A DNA stretch of 38,494 nucleotides, from sequence record SRR20825010_2246; one strand, written 5' to 3'. Below are positions 29,685 through 38,494 of this stretch, piece by piece (the first letter of the stretch is position 1; each line of letters opens with the position of its first letter). Made by a program: the position numbers and the translations under genes. Under the pieces are notes generated by a model. That model did not search any database. It was not told the origin of the DNA and saw nothing but the letters and a program-made list of their open reading frames with translations.

Positions 29685-30718
29685 AACGAGCACGCAAAAT
29701 AGCGGTGGTATTGTTCAATCTGGGTGGACCGGATGGACCTGATGCGGTTGAGCCGTTTCTTTATAATCTCTTTATAGATCCAGCCATTATCAGGGTTCCG
29801 CAGCCTTTTCGTTGGCTTATTGCTAAGATTATTTCCAAGCGTCGTGCGCCTATAGCTAAAGAAATCTATGAACACCTTGGTGGAGGCTCTCCGCTGGTGC
29901 CTTTGACTGAAAAACAGGCCCGTGCTTTGGAAACGGCATTGGATGACGGGACCGGGCAGTTTGAGGTGCGCGCTTTTCTTGCCATGCGTTACTGGAAACC
30001 TTTCGCTTCCGAAACGGCTAAAGCGGTGAAGAGTTTTGCACCTGACGAATTGGTTTTGTTGCCGCTCTATCCGCAATACTCCACAACGACGACAGCATCA
30101 TCTTTGAAAGACTGGGATAAGGCTGCTGCAAGTGTGGGGCTTCACACGCGGCCACGCACTGTGTGTTGCTATCCGGTTGCACCGAAATTCATAGACGCGC
30201 ATGTGGCGCTGTTGCGTGAGGCGATTGCCAAGTTTGCGACGCGTGACGAATTCCGCATTCTGTTTTCGGCTCATGGTCTGCCCAAAAAAGTGATTGAGAG
30301 CGGTGATCCCTATCAGGCTCAGGTGGAGGCAACTTGCGCCGCCGTTATGGAAAAGGTCGGTGGCGGGCCTTTTGAATGGGTGACTTGTTTTCAGAGTCGT
30401 GTCGGACCGATGGAATGGATCGGGCCTGCGACAGATAAGGAAATCGAGCGGGCCGGAGCCGAGGGTAAAAGTCTGATTGTGGTACCAATTGCCTTTGTCT
30501 CTGAACATTCTGAAACATTGGTCGAACTGGATATCGAGTATGGGAAGCTTGCTGCCGATCATGGTGTTCCGCGCTATGAACGTGTCGCCGCTTTGGGTAC
30601 GCAGCCGCTTTTTATCGAAAGTCTGGCAGAACTGGTTCGTGAAGCTCGAGATGGAAACGGTTTGGTTTGTCCTGAAGAAGCAGCTGGGCGTCCATGTGGA
30701 GAGGAATTCCGTCGTTAA
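29681..30718 (+). CDS. hemH: Ferrochelatase
   Basis: LFNLGGP, GGGSPL, LPLYPQYS, FSAHGLP, FVSEHSETLVELD. Confidence 0.97.
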   Translation: MKRARKIAVVLFNLGGPDGPDAVEPFLYNLFIDPAIIRVPQPFRWLIAKIISKRRAPIAKEIYEHLGGGSPLVPLTEKQARALETALDDGTGQFEVRAFLAMRYWKPFASETAKAVKSFAPDELVLLPLYPQYSTTTTASSLKDWDKAAASVGLHTRPRTVCCYPVAPKFIDAHVALLREAIAKFATRDEFRILFSAHGLPKKVIESGDPYQAQVEATCAAVMEKVGGGPFEWVTCFQSRVGPMEWIGPATDKEIERAGAEGKSLIVVPIAFVSEHSETLVELDIEYGKLAADHGVPRYERVAALGTQPLFIESLAELVREARDGNGLVCPEEAAGRPCGEEFRR

Positions 30719-30724
30719 TTCGGA

Positions 30725-31186
30725 ATGAGGGGATGCGAATTGAAAGACTTTCTGGCGAATTACTATCTCTGGTTGAAGGCGCTTCACGTCATTTCAGTGA
30801 TTTTCTGGATGGCAGGCATGGCTTATTTGCCCCGTCTTTTCGTTTATCACGCTGAATCCGAGGTCGGGTCAGACAAATCCGAGACCTTCAAGAAGATGGA
30901 ACGTCTTCTACTGCGCGGCATTATCAATCCTGCGATGATTGCCACGTTTATTTTTGGGGGGTTGATGATATGGGCCAATCCCGGCCTCATGTCGCAAGGT
31001 TGGTTCCACGCAAAACTGGCTCTGGTCCTGATTATGGCCGGCGCGCATGGCGCTTTTTCCAAATGGCGCAGGGTGTTTGCGGCAGATCAGAACACACGTT
31101 CCTCGCGGTTTTACCGGATTGTGAACGAGGTGCCGCCGGTGCTTGTGGTGTTTATCGTTATTCTGGTGATCGTTAAGCCGTTCTAA
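30725..31186 (+). CDS. hemJ: Protoporphyrinogen IX oxidase HemJ
   Basis: WLKALHVISVIFWMAG..YLPRLFVYH, MERLL, NEVP, VKPF; start may be TTG 30740. Confidence 0.95.
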   Translation: MRGCELKDFLANYYLWLKALHVISVIFWMAGMAYLPRLFVYHAESEVGSDKSETFKKMERLLLRGIINPAMIATFIFGGLMIWANPGLMSQGWFHAKLALVLIMAGAHGAFSKWRRVFAADQNTRSSRFYRIVNEVPPVLVVFIVILVIVKPF

Positions 31187-31214
31187 GCGGCCGCGACTGG
31201 ATGCGAATTTCTAT

Positions 31215-31243
31215 TTGCTCTGAGAAGCATCTGGGATTATATG
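31215..31243 (+). promoter_or_regulatory. Candidate sigma70 promoter of rho
   Basis: TTGCTC-N17-TATATG just after hemJ. Confidence 0.4.
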
Positions 31244-31606
31244 CTTTGTTGAAAGCCGGAGTTCTTCCGGCGGTCTTGCTGATTTTGACCGGTTGAACAC
31301 CAATATCTGAAGAGGGGGCAAAAGCTCCCAAATCAGGGCTATAGGTGGGATACGGGAACCGGCACGGCGCGATTGTCTCGCGGCCTGTGTCAAGGCAGGT
31401 AAGACCTCAAGTTCCTTCCCCTGACTGACTTTCCCACGATCCCAGGATTTCCCTTAGCCATCGTTTGAAATTCCAGTTTCTCCATTCATTGCCCTGAATT
31501 TCGCTGTTTTTGCCAATTCAGGTTTCCAGATACCGGTCTTACGCATTTTCTCCGTTTCAACGAAAACATGCAGGACCAGATCTCCAAGAGAAAGACACGA
31601 GAACTC

Positions 31607-32872
31607 ATGCCGCAGATCAAACTGCAGGACCTCAAGGCCAAAGGGCCGACCGAACTTCTGGCGATTGCCGAAGAGTTGGAAGTCGAGAATGCCTCGACGC
31701 TTCGCACACAGGACATGATGTTCGCGATCCTCAAGCAATATGCTGAGCAAGGGATCGATATTATCGGCGAAGGCGTAGTGGAAGTGCTGTCCGATGGTTT
31801 TGGATTTCTACGTTCGCCAGAAGCTAATTATCTGCCGGGTCCTGATGATATCTATGTCTCACCCTCGCAGATCCGCCGTTTTTCGCTTCGCACCGGTGAC
31901 ACGGTGGAAGGTGAAATCCGCAGCCCCAAGGATGGCGAACGTTATTTTGCGCTGCTGAAAGTTTCGACGGTCAATTTTGAAAGTCCTGAAAAAGCCCGTC
32001 ACAAAGTTCATTTTGATAATCTGACGCCACTTTATCCTGACGAAAAACTAGAAATGGAAGTGGCTGATCCTACCTTGAAGGACCGGTCTTCACGCCTGAT
32101 CGATATTGTGGCGCCGCTTGGTAAAGGCCAGCGTGGTCTGATCGTCGCGCCGCCGCGCACAGGTAAGACAGTTCTTCTCCAGAATATTGCCCATTCGATT
32201 ACGTCCAATCATCCCGAATGCTATCTGATTGTGTTGCTGATCGATGAACGTCCTGAAGAAGTGACGGATATGCAGCGTTCGGTGAAAGGTGAAGTTATTT
32301 CGTCCACCTTCGACGAACCAGCTGTGCGTCACGTGCAGGTGGCTGAAATGGTCATCGAGAAGGCCAAGCGCCTGGTCGAACACGGCCGCGACGTTGTGAT
32401 CCTGCTCGACTCGATTACACGTCTTGGCCGCGCCTACAACACCGTTGTTCCTTCATCGGGCAAGGTGTTGACAGGTGGTGTGGATGCGAACGCCCTTCAG
32501 CGTCCCAAACGTTTCTTTGGTGCTGCGCGTAATATCGAGGAAGGCGGCTCGCTGACTATTATTGCGACTGCGCTGATCGATACCGGCTCACGCATGGACG
32601 AAGTGATCTTTGAAGAATTTAAGGGCACAGGTAACTCAGAAATTGTGCTCGATCGCAAGATTGCCGATAAGCGCGTCTTCCCCGCCATGGATATTCTCAA
32701 GTCAGGCACACGTAAGGAAGAACTGCTTGTCGAGAAGGGTACACTGTCCAAGATGTATGTGCTGCGCCGTATTCTTAATCCGATGGGCACGGTGGATGCT
32801 GTTGAATTCTTGCTGGATAAACTCAAGCAGACCAAGAGCAATAGTGAATTCTTCGACAGCATGAATACCTGA
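31607..32872 (+). CDS. rho: Transcription termination factor Rho
   Basis: [43 protein letters not shown]; start ATG 31607 (or 31568). Confidence 0.98.
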   Translation: MPQIKLQDLKAKGPTELLAIAEELEVENASTLRTQDMMFAILKQYAEQGIDIIGEGVVEVLSDGFGFLRSPEANYLPGPDDIYVSPSQIRRFSLRTGDTVEGEIRSPKDGERYFALLKVSTVNFESPEKARHKVHFDNLTPLYPDEKLEMEVADPTLKDRSSRLIDIVAPLGKGQRGLIVAPPRTGKTVLLQNIAHSITSNHPECYLIVLLIDERPEEVTDMQRSVKGEVISSTFDEPAVRHVQVAEMVIEKAKRLVEHGRDVVILLDSITRLGRAYNTVVPSSGKVLTGGVDANALQRPKRFFGAARNIEEGGSLTIIATALIDTGSRMDEVIFEEFKGTGNSEIVLDRKIADKRVFPAMDILKSGTRKEELLVEKGTLSKMYVLRRILNPMGTVDAVEFLLDKLKQTKSNSEFFDSMNT

Positions 32873-32910
32873 CCCGGTATCCAAGAATATCGGATTGAAA
32901 TGAATGCTTT

Positions 32911-32939
32911 ATGCCCCGGTAGTAATACCGGGGCATTTT
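32911..32939 (+). terminator. Intrinsic terminator after rho
   Basis: Perfect 11-bp stem ATGCCCCGGTA-GTAA-TACCGGGGCAT followed by Ts. Confidence 0.85.
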
Positions 32940-33041
32940 GTATTTCAGTTCATAATTCTTCTTATTGTTAAGTTTTGTTAAGTTCGGTGCGAATAAGATT
33001 TGGTCCAATCCTGAGTTTGTTTGGATTGACAGGACAGTTTG

Positions 33042-33710
33042 ATGAAAACCGACGAAAGCGATCGCCAGAGAACAGCTTGGGTTTGGTCGTCCCTGTCATG
33101 GGATGTTGTCAATAAGGTCAAGGCTCGACTTAGTGGATCATCCGAACCGGCACCACGACTTGTTGGGGATATTGAACTGACCAATATGAGCCATCAGTTT
33201 TTCAGCTGGTGGCTGGAAGCGCGCGGCGGCCGTTCGATGCCGATGCCGGATGATGTCAGACCTAGAGAGCTTGTCGAATTACTTCCCTATTTTCGTCTGT
33301 TGCGCTGGGAAAGTGAAAACAGTCTCGTGTTCCGGATTTTTGGAAGTGCACTTGCCGAGACCACAGGTTTCGATCTGACAGGGCATTGCACATTCGGTGA
33401 GGCGGATTATGAGGGCAAGGCAGAGGATATTGTGCGGTTGAAGCTTATGCATTCGCATCCTTGTGGGGTGTTGCTGCATCGTGCGCTGAAGGGGCCAGAC
33501 GGGAAAAATTATATTTGTGAACTTATCAACCTGCCTGTTTCTTGCGGAGAAGACGGCAAAAACCGGATTGTCGGCACGGTGGTGACGCGGAATGAAGTTG
33601 GGGAGATGATGCTGGATTTTAAACTCACACCTCCGCTGCATTTGGCACGCGCAGTATTTATCGATGTTGGTTTCGGTGTTCCTGAAAATGTTCCGCACCT
33701 TGAGCTTTGA
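33042..33710 (+). CDS. Stand-alone PAS_5 (DUF1457)-like protein, paralog 1
   Basis: WWLEARGGRSMP..DDVRP.EL.ELLPY, FRIFGSALAETTGFDLTG, FIDVGFGVP. Confidence 0.8.
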   Translation: MKTDESDRQRTAWVWSSLSWDVVNKVKARLSGSSEPAPRLVGDIELTNMSHQFFSWWLEARGGRSMPMPDDVRPRELVELLPYFRLLRWESENSLVFRIFGSALAETTGFDLTGHCTFGEADYEGKAEDIVRLKLMHSHPCGVLLHRALKGPDGKNYICELINLPVSCGEDGKNRIVGTVVTRNEVGEMMLDFKLTPPLHLARAVFIDVGFGVPENVPHLEL

Positions 33711-33810
33711 TTTTGCCGCTCTTTCCTGCAAACGCAGATTTTCAAAATAATTCTTAAGACCTGCACTTTTAGACTGTGCGTCCTGATATCTGTTTCGGGG
33801 TGAGGAGTGT

Positions 33811-34491
33811 TTGGGCGTGTATAAAGAAACGGATCTAAATGAGAGTCGGCGTAGCAGTTGGGTTCTGCCGCGTTTGAGCTGGGACGCTGTTACAAATGCG
33901 CGTGCGCGTATTTCCGGTCCGTTGGAGCAGGCACCTTCTCTCGTCAATGATATCAAATTGCATTCCTTGAGCCGGCAGCTATTTGCCTGGTGGTTGGAAT
34001 TGCGTGGGTCGCGGTTAATGCCTGGTTCGGATGATATTGATCCGCGTCAGCTGGTGGAGTTGATGCCCTATTTCAGAATGCTGAGGTGGGATAGCGAGAA
34101 TGAATTGACCATGCGCATTTATGGTAGTGCATTGGTCGAAGCGACGGGTTTTGATCTCACGGGATTTAATATTTTTGCACCCGGTAATTATGCCGGAAAG
34201 GCTGATGATATTGCGCGGTTGAAAGTGATGCACGAGCAGCATTGTGGTTTGCTTATGCATCGCGATGTAACCGGAATTGATGGTGTGGCGCGGCTTTGCG
34301 AATTCATCAATTTTCCGATGGAGGGAACCGACGACGGACGTAAGCGTATAGTTGGTACGATCGTTCCCTGCGCGCCGATCGATGAAGCCGATCTCGATTT
34401 TACCTTGAAAGTGCCGCTTATAGTCCGACGGGCTGCCTTCATTGATATCGGATGTGGACTACCAGAAGGCGTCGATCATCTGAGTTGCTAA
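33811..34491 (+). CDS. Stand-alone PAS_5 (DUF1457)-like protein, paralog 2
   Basis: WWLELRGSRLMP..DDIDP.QLVELMPY, RIYGSALVEATGFDLTG, FIDIGCGLP; GAGGAG SD, start TTG 33811 or GTG 33817. Confidence 0.8.
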   Translation: MGVYKETDLNESRRSSWVLPRLSWDAVTNARARISGPLEQAPSLVNDIKLHSLSRQLFAWWLELRGSRLMPGSDDIDPRQLVELMPYFRMLRWDSENELTMRIYGSALVEATGFDLTGFNIFAPGNYAGKADDIARLKVMHEQHCGLLMHRDVTGIDGVARLCEFINFPMEGTDDGRKRIVGTIVPCAPIDEADLDFTLKVPLIVRRAAFIDIGCGLPEGVDHLSC

Positions 34492-34499
34492 GTGGGCTT

Positions 34500-34940
34500 T
34501 TAAAGTCGCAATTTGTGCCAGTCAGGAAAGGCTCCGTCGTAATGCGGAGCTTTTTCTGCATTTCGATGCCAGCAGGTCCTGTCAGCAACATATTCAATTG
34601 CGATTACAGGTAGATCCGGATCATGTTCGAGCATATTGGCAGCGAGGATGATTGTGCCGTCCGAAATTTCTGGATTGGCGCCGGTGACCGCTGTGCCGCA
34701 CGTCTTGCAGAATGATCGGATGAGAATGGGCGAGCTTTTGTAATGTGTAATGTGCTCACTGCCTTGCCATTTCACAGATTTTTTATTTGCGACGAAGAAG
34801 GCGCCGAAGGCCCCACCTGCTGCCTTACGACACATGCTGCAGTAACATTCAATGATCGGGCTGACGGGCGCATCAATAGAGAAATGGACGCTGCCACATA
34901 GGCAGCGTCCTTCTATTATGTTGATAGCCGAATTGCTCAA
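34500..34940 (-). CDS. GFA (glutathione-dependent formaldehyde-activating) family protein
   Basis: GRCLCGSV, CYCSMCRK, RSFCKTCG zinc ligands. Confidence 0.9.
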   Translation of the reverse strand: MSNSAINIIEGRCLCGSVHFSIDAPVSPIIECYCSMCRKAAGGAFGAFFVANKKSVKWQGSEHITHYKSSPILIRSFCKTCGTAVTGANPEISDGTIILAANMLEHDPDLPVIAIEYVADRTCWHRNAEKAPHYDGAFPDWHKLRL

Positions 34941-35920
34941 GGCACGAGTACCGTGGCGCCTGTGGTTTTGCGACCTTCAAGATCGCTATGGGCCTTCGCA
35001 GCGTCGGCCAACGCATAGCGCTGACCGATTTCTATTTTAACGTGACCACCTGCCACAACATCGAACAGGTCTTTGGCAACAGCCTGGAATTGGGCATCTG
35101 TGATTGCGTAATGGAACATGGTCGGGCGCGTGACATAGAGTGAGCCTTTGGCGGCGAGAATACCGAGATCCACACCGGTGACGGGACCTGATGCATTGCC
35201 GAATGAGGCAAGCAGGCCGCGTGGAGCAAGGCAATCAAGCGACATCATGAATGTGTCTTTGCCGACGCCGTCATAGACGACGGGAAGTTTTTTGCCGTCA
35301 GTGATTTCTTTCACGCGGGTTGGCACATCTTCCTTGCGATAATTGATGACGTGGTCGCAACCATGGGCTTTCGCGATAGCCAGTTTCTCATCCGATCCGA
35401 CTGTGCCAATGACAGTTGCGCCGAGATGTTTTGCCCATTGAGTTGCGATGAGGCCAACGCCGCCTGCAGCTGCATGAAAGAGAATTGTATCGCCGGGTTT
35501 TACGACATAGGTCTGGCGCAGCAGGAACTGGGCTGTCATGCCTTTTAACATCATGGCGGCTGCGGCTTCGTCGGAAACACCGTCAGGTAATTTGACGGTG
35601 CGAGCGGCGCCGACATTATTGGCTTCAGCATAGGCGCCAATAGGGCCTGAGCCATAGGCCACACGGTCACCAATGGCAAAGCCGGTGACGCCTTCACCAA
35701 TAGCCTCAACAGTGCCTGCGGCCTCCATACCCAGGCCTGAAGGTAGTTTGACGGGATAGAGACCGGAGCGATGATAGGTGTCGATGAAATTGATGCCGAT
35801 GGCCGTATGGCGAATGGTGAGTTCGCCTGCTGCTGGTTTCGGCAATGTGACGTCCTGAAATTTTAACACGTCCGGCCCGCCGGTCTTGTCGATCTGGATG
35901 GCTTTGATTTTCGTGGTCAT
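34937..35920 (-). CDS. qor: NADPH:quinone oxidoreductase (zeta-crystallin/MDR family)
   Basis: GINFIDTYHRSGLY, HAAAGGVG, VYDGVGKDT, GSLYVTRP; start at ATG 35920. Confidence 0.9.
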   Translation of the reverse strand: MTTKIKAIQIDKTGGPDVLKFQDVTLPKPAAGELTIRHTAIGINFIDTYHRSGLYPVKLPSGLGMEAAGTVEAIGEGVTGFAIGDRVAYGSGPIGAYAEANNVGAARTVKLPDGVSDEAAAAMMLKGMTAQFLLRQTYVVKPGDTILFHAAAGGVGLIATQWAKHLGATVIGTVGSDEKLAIAKAHGCDHVINYRKEDVPTRVKEITDGKKLPVVYDGVGKDTFMMSLDCLAPRGLLASFGNASGPVTGVDLGILAAKGSLYVTRPTMFHYAITDAQFQAVAKDLFDVVAGGHVKIEIGQRYALADAAKAHSDLEGRKTTGATVLVP

Positions 35921-35949
35921 AGAGTTTCCTTCTACCAAATTTTGAAATT

Positions 35950-36570
35950 TCAGTGGCGCGATGTGGCAAGTGCAAGTCCGGCAGCGACAAGCGCAGAGCC
36001 GGTGGCACGGTTTCGTATGGTTTGTGCGCGCGGGCTTTTGAGATAGGGCGCGAGATGGCCTGCGGCCACGCCGAAAGTTCCATCCGATAATGCGCCCAGC
36101 GTGACGAAAGTGACAGCCAGCAAGATCAACTGAGGCAGTTGCGGTTGGTCAGCTGTGATGAACTGGGGAAAGAAAGCCGCATAGAAAACGAGTGTCTTTG
36201 GATTTGTGAGCGAAATGAGAAGTCCGCGCTGGTAGAGACGTGTGCTATCCGGCTGCGCGGTACCAATAGTAATATCGCTATTGGTGATCGGCGTTCTCCA
36301 TGTCGAAATTCCCAACCACACCAGATAGAGCGCGCCGATAAATTTCAGCCAGTCCGCCCATTCACCCAGAGCGGCAAGCAAGGGTGCCATGCCGGCGGTG
36401 ACGAGCAGCATGTGAATGGTGAGGGCCGTGGTTGAGCCGGCTAGACCGATCAGGGCCGCGCGCGGGCCATGCGAGACACCGGTCGCCACCAGAAAAGTGA
36501 CGACCGGACCCGGAATGATGCAAAGCACCAGAGTGGCGGCAACAAAGGCCAGATAGAGGTTCCACTCCAT
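35950..36570 (-). CDS. LysE/RhtB family translocator
   Basis: IIPGP, GALYLVWLG, LTNPKTLVFYAAFFPQF. Confidence 0.92.
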   Translation of the reverse strand: MEWNLYLAFVAATLVLCIIPGPVVTFLVATGVSHGPRAALIGLAGSTTALTIHMLLVTAGMAPLLAALGEWADWLKFIGALYLVWLGISTWRTPITNSDITIGTAQPDSTRLYQRGLLISLTNPKTLVFYAAFFPQFITADQPQLPQLILLAVTFVTLGALSDGTFGVAAGHLAPYLKSPRAQTIRNRATGSALVAAGLALATSRH

Positions 36571-36579
36571 CAATTTGGT

Positions 36580-37272
36580 CTAGGCCAGATGCTCTTTGAA
36601 GAAGGCGAGTGTGCGGGCATTGGCGCTGTCGGCTGATTTGGCATCGTAATGGGCGCCACCTACACGGGCAAAGGCGTGATCGTTCTCGGGATAGTCATGC
36701 AAAGTGACGAGCGGATTGCTATCGAGGCCTTTATGCATTTCGGCCTGTGCCTCGGGATTGACGAATTCGTCCTTGCCCGCGATATGCAGCATGAGCGGTT
36801 TTTTGATGCTTTTGGCGTCATCGAGCTTTGTGTTGATGGCAACACCATAAAAGCCGACAGCGGCATCGGCATCAGTGTGGCAGGCCGTTAGATAGGCCAT
36901 CAGACCGCCAAGGCAATAACCGACCGCACCGACCTTGCCATTGGTCATAGGGCGCAAAGTGTCGATAGTGGCTTTGATATCGACAATACCTGTGTCGGAT
37001 TTGAACTTGCCGAAGAGATCGAAGGCCTTGGCCCATTCCTCTTCCGACTGGTCGGTAATGTCGACGCCGGGTTCGATACGCCAAAACAGGTCGGGGCAAA
37101 GGGCAACAAAGCCCTTGGCGGCAAGGTCGTCTGCAATGTCACGCATGACTTTGTTGACGCCAAAAATTTCCTGAATGACCACAATGCCGGGACCATTGCC
37201 TGAAGCAGGCGTGGCGAGATAGGCATTGAAGCTGCCGTCCGGTCCATCGATGGTAATTGTCTTGCCGCTCAT
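36580..37272 (-). CDS. Dienelactone hydrolase family protein
   Basis: IQEIFGVN, GYCLGG nucleophile, HAF; start at ATG 37272 after GAGGAG. Confidence 0.93.
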   Translation of the reverse strand: MSGKTITIDGPDGSFNAYLATPASGNGPGIVVIQEIFGVNKVMRDIADDLAAKGFVALCPDLFWRIEPGVDITDQSEEEWAKAFDLFGKFKSDTGIVDIKATIDTLRPMTNGKVGAVGYCLGGLMAYLTACHTDADAAVGFYGVAINTKLDDAKSIKKPLMLHIAGKDEFVNPEAQAEMHKGLDSNPLVTLHDYPENDHAFARVGGAHYDAKSADSANARTLAFFKEHLA

Positions 37273-37410
37273 TAAAGGCTCCTCGCATCTGGAATTGATT
37301 TGCGGGGGGACTCTAACGGGCAAGGCCGCGTGGAGCGAGGTGTGAGTGAGCGATAATTGACGGTAATTTGTCAAAAAGCGCGGTGTTCACATCGTCGGAA
37401 AAGAAGTGGG

Positions 37411-37575
37411 TCAGGCCGCGCGGGCCAGAGCGCTTTCTTTCGAGCGGAAGTGGTCGTTGCGGGCCGTGAAAGCATGCTCACGATGGGGCTGTCCGGCCTC
37501 ACCGCGCGAAAGGGGTGTGAAGGCGATGGTCAGAGCGTCGATATAGGATCGGGCGAAAACGCCGATGATGTTCAT
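37411..37575 (-). CDS. Small hypothetical protein (54 aa) divergent from LysR gene
   Basis: MNIIGVFARSYIDALTIAFTPLSRGEAGQPHREHAFTARNDHFRSKESALARAA; weak SD. Confidence 0.45.
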   Translation of the reverse strand: MNIIGVFARSYIDALTIAFTPLSRGEAGQPHREHAFTARNDHFRSKESALARAA

Positions 37576-37654
37576 TTTTGTCACCAGTGGATAAGTCTGA
37601 TCGTGACATAGTTGTTTAATAGCGGGTCATCAAACGATGACTTTTCACAGCTGT

Positions 37655-37671
37655 TGTGAGAAAAACTTACA
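37655..37671. promoter_or_regulatory. LysR-type T-N11-A operator
   Basis: TGTGAG-AAAAA-CTTACA dyad (T37657-N11-A37669) immediately before the LysR ATG. Confidence 0.65.
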
Positions 37672-37672
37672 T

Positions 37673-38494
37673 ATGAGCATTCGAAAGTTACCTCCTCTTA
37701 ATGCGCTTCGTGCCTTCGAAGCCGCAGCCCGCCACGGAAATTTCTCCCGGGCGGCTGAGGAATTGCACGTGACGCATGCCGCTGTGAGCCATCAGGTGAG
37801 GGCTTTGGAAGAGGAAGCGGGGGTTGCGTTATTTCACCGCACCGGGCGCGCCGTGGTGCTGACCGACGCTGGGCGGTCGCTTTTGCCGATACTGACCGGT
37901 GCTTTTGACGAGATGGCGGAAGGCTGGGCGCTGACACGGGGCGATGTGGGTGGGCCGGTGACGGTTTCGGTGGAGCCTTCGTTTGCGGCGCGATGGCTTG
38001 TGATGCGGCTTGGCAAGTTTAACCGGGCCCATTCGGATATCGGATTGCGGCTTATACCATCCTCCGAGATGACGGATTTTGAGCGGCAGGATGTTGATAT
38101 CGGGATCCGCTATGGATTGGGGGGCTGGGATAAACTGACCTGCGAGCGACTTTTTGAAGCAACGGTTTATCCGGTTTGTTCGCCAGCGCTTTTGCTGGCG
38201 GCGATGGATCAGGGCCATCCGATACAGGAGCCTGGCGACTTGGTTCATCACAATCTTCTGCACGAGGAGACCGTGGCGCATTGGGAGGCTTGGCTTGAGG
38301 CGGCGGGGATTGAAGGAGCCGACTGGGCAAGCCGCGGGTCGCTCTTTGTGGAAGCTTCATTGGCATTGCAAGCTGCTGCTGCCGGGCAGGGTGTGGCTCT
38401 GGCCAATGATCCTTTGGCCATGGCTGATTTGTCGGAAGGACGATTGGTGAGGCTTTTCGAACTCGAAACGCCCGATGATGAAGCCTATTGGCTG
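37673..38494 (+). CDS. GcvA-like LysR-family regulator (3' truncated by window)
   Basis: Absent from ORF track (no stop in window); MSIRKLPPLNALRAFEAAARHGNFSRAAEELHVTHAAVSHQVRALEE. Confidence 0.93.
   Translation, partial: MSIRKLPPLNALRAFEAAARHGNFSRAAEELHVTHAAVSHQVRALEEEAGVALFHRTGRAVVLTDAGRSLLPILTGAFDEMAEGWALTRGDVGGPVTVSVEPSFAARWLVMRLGKFNRAHSDIGLRLIPSSEMTDFERQDVDIGIRYGLGGWDKLTCERLFEATVYPVCSPALLLAAMDQGHPIQEPGDLVHHNLLHEETVAHWEAWLEAAGIEGADWASRGSLFVEASLALQAAAAGQGVALANDPLAMADLSEGRLVRLFELETPDDEAYWL

Noticed and set aside
28083..38494. parS site or mnmE-mnmG-rsmG-parAB near the origin
   Set aside because: No GTTTCACGTGAAAC-like palindrome spotted by eye and these genes are not in the window; they may lie beyond its right end, so absence is uninformative

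Overview
Core-chromosome window of a GC-rich alphaproteobacterium; the gene set and tandem stand-alone PAS_5-type genes suggest a Parvibaculum-like lineage (inference). It spans the probable replication origin between the DUF299/PSRP gene and hemE (~28.1-28.6 kb). Gene order: dnaK(3' part)-dnaJ, DMT protein, OprO/P-type porin, dapB-gpmA, DUF2244, nth, lipoprotein/EI24, ICMT-like, PfkB kinase, coaA-hisE, pentapeptide-repeat protein, CYTH-CHAD, hisF-hisA-hisH-DUF2628-hisB, hslVU, XRE-Smr-mltA-Tim44, fxsA-secB, dnaQ-coaE-aroE-maf-PSRP, oriC, hemE-hemH-hemJ-rho, two PAS paralogs, GFA, quinone oxidoreductase, LysE, dienelactone hydrolase and a GcvA-like LysR gene (partial). I found no mobile element, CRISPR array, tRNA or rRNA, and no convincing novel multi-gene system. 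The unusual signals are small-scale: an in-frame duplication of the porin C-terminal beta-signal behind its amber stop, structured leaders (porin, hisE-coaA, hslV, dnaK-dnaJ), two 54-aa ORFs missing from the ORF track, a GANTC-rich 31-bp direct repeat between convergent genes, and a readable DnaA-box/DnaA-trio unwinding module.
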